From the NCBI GenBank assembly GCA_040954595.2, contig CM082589.2, positions 1,156,009 through 1,220,008 of the forward strand: DNA of 64,000 bases. Reading direction: 5' to 3'. Origin of the DNA: Balanoglossus misakiensis. Taxonomy: Eukaryota > Animalia > Hemichordata. Shown here one piece after another: positions 54,251 to 64,000 of the stretch. Below the pieces are notes generated by a model that was not told the origin of the DNA, made no database searches, and saw only the letters and a program-made list of their open reading frames with translations. The stretch's first letter is position 1; every line of letters begins with the position of its first letter. A program made the position numbers and the translations under genes.

Positions 54251-57200
54251 ATGAGGAATGTTACTTGCCTCGTACTGCTTGTGGTTATCATTGTAGTAAG
54301 TAAACAACACATTTTGTCATTTTCCTGACGTATTCTTATGTTGTATATGAATTTAAAATACAAACATAAATAGAAAATACTATTTCCACCCTACTTTTTC
54401 AGTTAGAGGGTCTAAATTGCGTAAAATACTGAGTCAGCATTTTCCTAGTACTCCCTGTGCTAAACTTTCTCTATGGGAGAAATATCTGAACGGCTGCATC
54501 ACAAAATCAAGTATGAGTGTTTCCTTTACATCACAAAGTAATAATTCATTTCGAAGACAAAACGAAGGTCCATAACAGATTGAGTTTATTAGCAGCACAC
54601 TTTGGAAAATGTAGTACAGCAAGTACAAGCAAAAAGTACGTACATCAGAAGCAAAATTATTCCATAGACACAGGACGACAACACATTTTCAGTTCCCTGG
54701 TGGCATCCAAGATTTTCAGTTATTGTCCTCAACTTCGTCACAAATCTAACTGTAATATTCATTCTTATTCTCAAATAACTCTATTGACAACTTTCCCCCA
54801 ATACGTAAGGACCTTCAAGCCAGACATGCAGTCACGTGCAACATATTGTAAATGAATGAAAGAAAGAAAGAATGAACGAATGTAAAGTGCCTTTGTGGAG
54901 GAGGGGTTGATGTACTTAATGTAACAGCAGGTTCCCCTGGTAGTTCCATTCACCTGAATAAAGCCTATTAACATTAAGCTCCTTAGCAAGTGACAGATGG
55001 TACTGTTTTGATCCGATTAGAATTCTGTTATTTTTGTGCACTGTGCCGTTTGTTTTTCAAGTAATCCATCTACCAAGACATGGTTTTCATTCCAGTTCAA
55101 AGCAATTGTTGCAGACTTCGCAATGTCAAACAGAGCTTTCTGTCGAAGACTTATCAATGTCAAACAGGAGTTTTCCTGTTATATTCATGATTATTCAGAG
55201 AAAAGAATTTCGACACATTCTTTTACATCTGAAGATGGTTACATGTCACAAAAGAGGATAATACCAAAAATCACCATCTGTTTTCGTTAACAGGCCTTCG
55301 AGAGCGTACCATCGCAGAGCTTTCGAATTCCCAAGTTCAGATTACCGAAACCTAAGATGTCTATACCGAAATTCACCAAACCCAAATTCACTGTACCAAA
55401 GTTCAACCTACCTAAACCCAAACTACCCAAGATCAGTGTGCCCAAAATCAGTGTGCCCAAGATCAGCATTCCAAAACCGAAATTACCCCCAATCATACCT
55501 AAATTCGATTTCCCCAAAATCAACATTCCTAAACCACAATTGCCAGATATCCGCATACCGAAAATGGGTAAGTTGTTCATTAAAATCATTTGACTATATG
55601 TTAGCAATATACATCAGGGCACAGCAGAGGGCCAGACCAGTGCACAGGTGCCTGTAGATAAAGAACTACAGCGAAGGACTATAGGCCAGTGTATGTGCAA
55701 AGCATGGATGGTGAATGATTCTATGCAATGCCATAGTGATTCTGAAATACACACAATAGTTGTAGATTTCGCAGTTAATGTGCATATATCCATACAAATT
55801 AATACATCTGCCATCTGTATAGCTGTGTCATCATGTAAACAAGCTAAAGATCATGATCATAAGTATTTTGCACTGATTCTTCTGTTCTGATCTATCTCAA
55901 CAATTACAGATTTTCCTGGAATGGGCGTACCCCACGTCATTAAGCGTAAGAATATAAATTTCATATTTTGTTGGAGATATATTCTTATTTTACAGTATAT
56001 TGTCATATCACATGTACCTATTCTCTATAATCTCTTTCTCCATTTATATCCGCACTAATGATTAAAAATGTATGTAGAGAAAAGAATTCCTATCAAAGAG
56101 CAACCGAGAAATAGCTCATTATATTTGTTATATTTAAGAATCAACCTATGTTTTGTATTTTATAGCTATCATTGACCTTGTGGGAGGAAGATTGGGCAAA
56201 GGTAAGATGTCATCTAAGATTAAACACAAATGAAATGAGGTTTAAACCCAGCAACACTTCCTTGCAGTTGCATGAATGTTTTCATAGACATTTAAATCAG
56301 ATTATATAACGTGAAACAAGTTAGAATTTAGTTACGAGACTGATGTTTTATATGTACAAGCACTTCAGCATTACAACTGATGAAAAGCTGTTTTCTTTTT
56401 TTGCTTAAACAGTTGGGGGCGCTCTGCATGCTGTGGACGTCATTGAAAATGTAAAAGAGAGAGAACATCTGGACTCTAAATTGGGTAGAGGTGAGTGTTC
56501 CATGTAAATACAATACAATACAATACAATACAATACAATACAATACAATACAATACAACACAACACAACACAACACAACACAACACAACACAACACAACA
56601 CAACACAACACAATACAATACAATACAATACAATACAATACAATACAATACATTTTGGTTGTATATGTGTTTCATAACTATAGGTGATAGTTGCCTGAAT
56701 TGACATTAACTAAGTCTTACTTTCTCAACAGTTGATGAGGCTATCCACGCTATTGACAAAATTCACAAAGTTACGGACCAGAAACAGTTGGACGAGAGAC
56801 TGGAAAAAAGTAAGTGTCGAAATTTGATGCTGGAATTGATCTCAATTATAAATAACCAAAGTTGTCCCCATCAAGGACATTTATAACAAACATGTTCTCT
56901 ATCTACATGGGAACTATTCAAAATGAAGTTGCAGATTTCATTTATCAGACATTACTGTGGTAGTTATTGTTATAATATCATGTTTGCATTTTTTTTTAAC
57001 AGTTGAAGATGCGTTTCATATCATTGATGAAATTGAGAAAGTGAAAGAGGAAACGCACCTGGAAGAGAAACTAGAAGAAAGTATGTATTAGTTCAGCTAT
57101 AATTTCCTCAAATATCTAGCTTATGAATGGGTGCATATTGATGAATTACTAACACTGTTTCCATTGTATTATGTTAACAGTCCAAGACGCGTTCAATACT

Positions 57201-57558
57201 ATTGACACTATTGAACGAATCAGGAATCAAGAGAATCTAGACAAGACATTGGAGAAAAGTAAGTAATAATAGAAGTCTAGTGTTACCTCAGAAGATGTAG
57301 GCATAGGAATGGATATAAATTTCCATCATAAAGCATGAAACATATGAGAATACCTTTTCTGGACGAAAAGGGCTTTACCTTGTCTAAAGGTATGGTCTGG
57401 TGTATGATTTGTCTAAAAGTTTTGTGTTTTGTTTATTGCAGTCAGACATGACCTTGAAGAAGTAGGAGACAACCCAGATCTGGAGGAAATCATTAGAGAT
57501 CAAAGTAAGACTTGTAATATAGAAAAGAGAGGATTGGAACAATTTGTATGTCCTCTGT

Positions 57559-57612
<54 letters not shown>

Positions 57613-59532
57613 AGAGAGGGGGGGAGAGAGAGGGGGGAGAGAGAGTATGATATGAGATGAGGTGAGACAAGACAAGATCAGATTGGATTACATGAGAAAC
57701 ACATCAAAATAGATGGATGAGGGGGCTTTCAAATTTATAGAAGAAATTTTAAGAGTATATATGTCTATAAGCTGATGATTCTGATGTCAAACTAATTATT
57801 TTTTTAGAGTTTATATGAAAAGTAGTAATTACACTTCTGCACATATTAAGCGATTTCCTTCTCACATTTTCAACAGTTACTGATGTGTTTTTGCCGTTCG
57901 ATGACCTGCGACACATTATCCGGAAGGGAAGAGGTAAGTATTACAATATGAGAACCTCATGCACGTCATGGCAGGGGGGGGGGGGGTGAGGGGTGGTGTA
58001 ATTGTGACTTTATTCATGCAAATAGCACTGGCACATACAATTGATGTCAGGCATACATGCAGATTTCATACAAGGGCATGTTCTCCACTATTTTCTTTAT
58101 ATAAGAACCTGGAGTCAAAGGTGACCCACACATCATGACCTTTGATGGGCGCCGCTACAATTATCAAGGACTCTGCTGGCATACTTTAGTCAAAAACTGC
58201 AGGAGTGATGTGCCAACATTTGACATCAAGGCTCGGTTTGATGTGAGATTCATCGACCCAGAAGTCAAAACCAGGACTGTTGAGATTATGCTGACCACTG
58301 GAACAGAAACTGTGACCCTGAAAGAGGACAACAGTGTCTTTGTAAGTACAAGACAGTTGATTGGTTGATCTGATGCACTCTTGTAAAGTTGCCTGTGATT
58401 GGTCTATAGTTTGCAAATACACAATAAATGAAATCAAAATGCCTTTGGTGGTGCACGTGTCATTGTGACAAAACTTGCATTATTGTGAAGCAAGATAGCT
58501 TTGTTATTTCCATTATTGTGGAAGAAAATGAAAGCAAGCAATCTACTAACCTGCAGTGGTCCCGTAAGATTATCTCTGATTGGCCGATTTCTTTGTGAAG
58601 TAAGTTTTAAACCGGTGAACGCCAAATGAATCTGTTATGGTCATTACGCAAATGCAGTCCGTGGGGAATAGAAGATATTCGCACTGAAACTGCTCTTTGT
58701 TTAATCTAGGTAAATGGGGAACTGACAGAACCTTCCAAACTGAAGGATATTATTGTAACTAAAGAAGGAGATGAAGTCAGAGTGGCTCTGAGAAGCGTTG
58801 GGATCACTGCCACATGGTCAGGACCACAGCACTTGTTTGCCATTGCTATCACCGATCCCAAAATTCACGGAGGTGTGTGTGGTCTCCTTGGCAACGCTGA
58901 CGACAACCCTGATAACGACTTCAGGAAACCAGATGGTGTATCTGTCGTCGATGCCAATGAGTTTGGCAACAGTTGGAAGGACATCTCAGTACAGTAAGTG
59001 CATACCAAACACAATTCTTATTTTTTCGGTGTACCGATAATTAATTATATGGGGTAATACCTGTTGATGTCTGGGCTATATTTATAAAATTCAACAGTTT
59101 AAATTCATCTTCACATCACTGTGGGTACTTATTTATACTTTACAAAAGGATACACGTGTACATGTACATTTCCTCGGCCATTTTCTTAGAACAAAAATGT
59201 TTCAAAGCGTGTTGCGTGTACAAAACTGCTAAACTATTCACTTTAGAACACCCCCAACACATCTAGGCCTTACCTGTCTTCAGGTCTTGCTGCTAACCGT
59301 CACTAAACTTGGGTATATTTGCACAAAATCTGGATGAATCGATTCGGCAACCCCACGTTTTGTGTTCAATATCGTCGAAGTGACGTCATGCTTTCCCGAA
59401 TGGGATCATGGGATATCATATATATGAGCCTGTGCGGTGCAAGTCTAGCGCCAACTATCGGCCATTTACATCCACGAAATCTTAATAATTGTCTGATAAT
59501 TTTCTGTTCATCTTTTCTTTTTCAGATGTTAA
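54251..59532 (+). CDS. Secreted Pro/Lys-repeat + acidic 26-aa-repeat + GDPH-VWD domain protein (VWD gene B), 449 aa, 13 exons
   Basis: Exons 54251-54295 (MRNVTCLVLLVVIIV), 55294-55567 (PK repeats), 55910-55945, 56166-56201, 56413-56490, 56732-56809, 57003-57080, 57181-57258, 57442-57504, 57877-57933, 58106-58341 (EPGVKGDPHIMTFDGR...), 58710-58993 (...GVCGLLGNADDNPDNDF...FGNSW), 59526-59532 (terminal C*). All introns are GT-AG. Total 1350 nt, in frame with no stops. AATAAA at 59601. Confidence 0.86.
56507..56652. repeat. Compound pentanucleotide microsatellite (CAATA)9(CAACA)11(CAATA)8, intronic
   Basis: Read directly from the sequence; it explains the CIVLY/YNTIQ pseudo-ORFs. Confidence 0.97.
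57562..57645. repeat. (GA)n microsatellite grading into G-run purine tract, intronic
   Basis: About 21 GA units followed by G-runs separated by AGAGA-type spacers. Confidence 0.93.
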
Positions 59533-59862
59533 GTCCTTCCAGAGAAGATACGATTGGACTCACATAACTGTACAATTATTTAACATGCTTTTATCGCATG
59601 AATAAAACTGAGAATTGGAGCTTTCTCTCGGGTCACGTCACAAGGCTTAACACTTTCGGTTAAAACCTATCTTGGTAAATTTATTGTTTGTGCATTTGCT
59701 CTCAGTACTAACTGAGGTAGATAAGTACTTACAAATAAAAGATTGGGAATATCAGCAAAACTTATTGTGTATTATTTTATATTTGTTACAACTTTGAGTA
59801 ACTTTATTATGTGGAAAGGGAGCCAAATAACATCTGCAGGGGCGTAGGAAGCATTTGTGATT

Positions 59863-60157
59863 TTTATTATTCGGATATTAAGATGTCATGCGAATCGGCA
59901 ATAAACTCTAATTCTTACAGAACTTAAAAATGTCAAAGCATATTAGCCTAAATGATCCACCGGTCGATCCAAAGATTTCCAAAATGGCGGCACGAGCGCG
60001 TTCATTGTGTTTGGAGGCACTAACTTTTTGACCCTTTTTTCGTGCTTTCTTTGTCTTCACTCGGGGTTGTCATGTTTATTATTCTGATATTAAGATGTCA
60101 TGCGAATCTACAATAAACTCAAATTCTTCCAAAACTTAAAGATTTCAAAGCATATTA
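59863..60157. repeat. Pair of ~83-bp imperfect direct repeats (59863-59945, 60075-60157)
   Basis: tttattattcggatattaagatgtcatgcgaatc...caaagcatatta versus tttattattctgatattaagatgtcatgcgaatc...caaagcatatta. Confidence 0.85.
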
Positions 60158-60319
60158 CGTACACATTTCAGTACCACTTTGGCAGTAAGTAGCACTAGAT
60201 TTTCAACCCATAAGAAGCCCTACAAGTACAGGATGCCATTTATACCTGGAATTATGCACTATTATAAGACACCATCCAGTAGAATGGGGTCTGTAACCAT
60301 GCATTATTTTATATGAGGT

Positions 60320-60372
60320 CCGTAACTATGCACTTTTATGCCGTAACTATGCACTTTTATGCCGTAACTATG
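60320..60372. repeat. 21-bp tandem repeat x2.5 (CCGTAACTATGCACTTTTATG)
   Basis: Two exact copies plus a partial third; degenerate copies lie just upstream (~60250, ~60292). Confidence 0.85.
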
Positions 60373-61065
60373 GATTTCTGTGTAGTCTGCTGTTAACAGT
60401 TGCGCCACCAACGACCAAATTTAGAAACCTTTGTGCTGCTCTCCCATTGGTTGATTGGCTTTAAAATCTTAAGTGGTAAATTTGATTTCAACTTCATTGT
60501 TTCCACGGAATCGCGGAAGTTAGTACAAGTTTGTCACTGTTTATGTGACGTGGTTTGAAGATCACATCACCGCACGTATCACAGTAACAAGGTAGGTTGT
60601 AATTTAGACCATCGTATTGACGTGAAATTAGTCAGGATACTTGTTTTGAAAATTCAAACAGTCCCTACGACATGTACGATTTCTAAAATCTAAACATCTG
60701 GAAACTCCCGGTGTGACCACCGTTTGTCGGGTTGTTTCTGCAGGAACTCCCGTACTGTGACTGATTATTACCGTAGGTTACGGATTTTAGGTCATCCCAA
60801 TGGCCATTTTTGTCAACGGTGGCATGGCATTGTTGTTGAATGTTCACTCGGGGTGTAACCATGGAGATCTTTGGTACTACTATACTGTGTATAACAGCAT
60901 TTTTACCAGTTTCCGTCAAATTGTCACCACTTTGCTAGCTTTAGAGTTTTATAAATTACAAGTTTGGTACTAACAGAAACGTCACTGGCTTCCCAGGTCT
61001 TATGGCCTGAAAATCAAACTACCAATGTGACCCATATCTTTTGTTTTTCTTTGTTAACAGACACG

Positions 61066-64000
61066 ATGCTGAGGCCATTGTCATCGCCCGTATATTATGT
61101 TCCAGATGTAGACATCGATGTCTCTTCAACTGTACACAGAATATTACAGCTTGACGATGAAACTAAAAGTCATGGTAATGAATACTTCATTACTGATACA
61201 ATAATATGTTATGTACAGCAACCACTGTTGATATCAAGCACATAAAGAACTTGTCTTGCACAAAACTGGTTTGTGGGCTATATCATTAAATAAAACGCCC
61301 CTATTCCTCAAATATCATTAAAATTACATCTTTGTATCCTAAATAACATGTGCATTTCTTGTTTCTTTCCAGATGTCATTATACTAAATAACAGCTCATC
61401 TGTGATAGATGGTTGCCATGGTGCCAAAGTGACCTCGGTGACCTCATACGTGAAAGAGTTATATCGAAAGATGAAGTTGCATGGTAACGAGAGGGAGACT
61501 ATCCTTAGTTACGAAGACTGTCTGATTGCAATGCAGTTGACACTGGCAGAGGCCCAGAAACAAGTAAGATATACTTTTAATGTTTTTTGCTAAGGTTGAA
61601 GAACATTGGTGAATGCTTTTGGAATCAGGTCTGTACAAGCAACCATCTTAATTTTTCTTTTGTTCACAGGAATGTGGAGACTTTGATGTGGAAACCAGTG
61701 AGGTCTTACAAACAGCCAAGTATGTGCTACGGAAAAAGATGGGACAAAATGTGACTTTCGACTCGGACTATGATGCCGAGAAAATGAACCACTTTTACAC
61801 AAATTACACTGATTTTCTGACAAAGTGTAACTGTGTTGATTTGGGAGATATTTACCAGCGTGTGAAAACATTTCTGGAATCAAGCGAGAAGGCTTCCACA
61901 AGTTCTGAAGAGAAATGTAAATTTATAATAATTGGTGACCAAATTACAGAATACGAGGTAAGTTTTGCCATTTGCCTGATTAGATGTTAAATGTTTTCTC
62001 TGTTACTTAAATATGAAGATGGTAATTTATGGAGTCCCATATAATTTGGAATTTGTATTTCTTTCTTTTTTTGTAGAAAAATCTTATGCAGTTACTGTTT
62101 TCAAATCAAAAGCTGTTCGTAGTGAACTTTGAATCATCACTGGAGGAGAGTCATAACAATCTAACCGATTTGCCGTTGTCAGTTGAAGAGCAACCGTGGA
62201 GTGAAGTGCATCTTGGGAAGACTGGTGACCTTTCACCTCTGAATCGGCCCCAAAATGTATCAGTTACTGAGGTAGGTATCTATTCTGACAATTTCAAGTT
62301 GTGAAAACAAATGATAAAGTTCAAAGTGACAATTTGAGTCGCATAGGATCATAGAAGCATAGGATGGTTTGACAGTTTTGACATTTTTGTATTTGTCATC
62401 TATTTTACAGATTCACGTCAGAAAGGTTGTGTTTGCATACTTATCCTTGTTGGTGAATACACGGAATGACATTGCCTTGTCTCGGTGTTTGAACACACCA
62501 GATAGGGAACTGGATCACAAAGCTTTCACAGCATTGAAAAGAGCAGCGAAGGATAAGAATATGTCTATTTGTCAGGTAGGTTTTGAGAAGTAACACTGTC
62601 ATCTTGCTTTTATGTGACATGACTGTGGGCACAGTGGACTTGATTTTAGTGCGCCCTCTTTGCCAATACTTGTAACACTGACTCACAAGGCTACTCCCAA
62701 CTAAAACTGAATTCTTTTCCCATCTTCTGAAGCAAAACTCAAGTGATGACAACCGTGTTGTTTTTACAGACAGCAGAGTCGTTTGTGTTGAGAGTCCGAC
62801 TTGGAGCAAGTGGATATGCCCCCAATGAGGACAACCCTATTGCTCCCTACATCAAAGGATTAAGTGAATTTATCAATGTTATACATAAACTACAGACTAT
62901 CATTGAAGAGGATCCCAATGCCAGGTAAACAGTGTTTTCATTGAAACATCGCTTCATTTATAGATATTCCACTGTGACATGCTGAAAATCTCTCCATATG
63001 CAGTGAGACCCCTCAAATATACCCCAGTACTTTCTTTCAATGTCTCTCTGTTTTTTTATCCAAAGTTCTGGCATGAGAAGAATATTGAAAGTGATCAAAG
63101 CTGTGCTGTACAAATCCAAGGATCAGACACTGAGAAAATCAAGTGTAGATTCAGTCTTTGAGAAGCTGTATGGTGACGTCGATGAGTTATGTACAGCTAC
63201 AAAATTATGCACAGGAAGTCCTTGTCTTGTAAGTACGATCATTATTTTGATAATCATGACATCTGATGATAATTGGTGTGTGTACATGAAAAGCCATGAA
63301 CAAAGGAAGAGTTTGTATATAAACGTAATTTTTCTGAATACACTTGTGTTACAGTCAGTTTCTAATGGAGGAAGCATTGCTGGTCGACATATAGTGAAGA
63401 CATTGAGGTTGTTATTGGACCGAGAATCTTGCCAGAAGATGAGTTGCAGTACAGTGGACATCTTAACAGACACGTATTCCAGTCAGAAGACTCCAATTCG
63501 CTTTCCGTCTGTGTTGTCTCAATTCAGGTAACAGTCGATCCATGTCTTCAGAAGTACCGTAAGAAATAAATGTTCTCCAAAATGATCATGCAGTTTCTGG
63601 CGCATGACATCAAGTCATAAATTTAACTTTACCACAAACTAAAAACACAATATTCATCTGACAACCATCCAATGTCAATGCATATAATCCCAGGAGAAAA
63701 CATCGCAGTCAAAGCTAATATCAAGGGTCAAACATCCTACTCAAGATAATTAAATCAGTTTCTGAAAGGTTGATTTCTTCATTAAATCATCCAACATTTT
63801 AATTCTCAATGCCAAATACTCTGTTTAATGATAAACATTGGCTGATTGAGTCATCCATAATTTTCTGCGCGAGTGCTTGCCCTTGCATATTTCATCAACA
63901 TCTTTGCATCTTTAACCACCTGAGGCATGCACTATTTAATTGGACATGTTTCCTGTCTTTTGAATTTGTGTAGTATTAATATTTATATTTCAGGATTCTG
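61066..64000 (+). CDS. PARPBP: PCNA-interacting partner PARI / PARP1-binding protein, 5' portion (continues beyond window)
   Basis: Spliced exons give ERETILSYEDCLIAMQLTLAEAQKQ, YTDFLTKCNCVDLGDIY, VRKVVFAYLSLLVNTRNDIALSRCLNTPDRELDHKAFTALKRAAKDKNMSI and SFVLRVRLGASGYAP, matching PARPBP motifs as I recall them. Exons ~61066-61174, 61373-61563, 61670-61957, 62077-62271, 62411-62575, 62770-62923, 63066-63228, 63355-63527; next acceptor at 63993. Confidence 0.9.

Noticed and set aside
56328-56706. CIVLY/CVVLC and YNTIQ/HNTTQ repeat ORFs
   Set aside because: Translations of the intronic pentanucleotide microsatellite.
60320-60372. Short repeated units as a possible CRISPR-like array
   Set aside because: Head-to-tail repeats with no spacers, no cas genes, eukaryotic context.
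1-64000. tRNA, rRNA, snRNA genes and autonomous transposase or reverse-transcriptase ORFs
   Set aside because: None recognised by eye; tRNAscan-SE, Infernal and RepeatMasker would be needed to exclude them formally.

Overview
AT-rich eukaryotic (animal) genomic DNA with short GT-AG introns. The gene content suggests an invertebrate deuterostome such as a hemichordate or echinoderm (inference). From left to right: a complete ~20-exon EFR3 gene (+); an intronless, probably GPI-anchored folate-receptor-fold gene (+); a heavily decayed multi-CUB-domain relic (-); a 609-bp TTAA-flanked foldback MITE; an intronless somatostatin/allatostatin-C-type GPCR (-); three two-exon IL-17 genes, two of them head-to-head with matching TATA/AP-1/NF-kB promoters; two tandem paralogous secreted VWD-domain genes; and the 5' part of PARPBP (PARI). 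The most notable signal is the VWD pair. Both share the signal-peptide exon and the GDPH-VWD exons but carry completely different, Cys-free N-terminal regions (poly-Gly/Asn versus Pro/Lys pentapeptide repeats plus four 26-aa acidic repeats). Both have also lost the cysteine pair that normally tethers the fragments after GD|PH self-cleavage, which suggests a modular 'payload + self-cleaving carrier' system. All gene models were assembled by eye from splice signals and reading frames; no database search was run.
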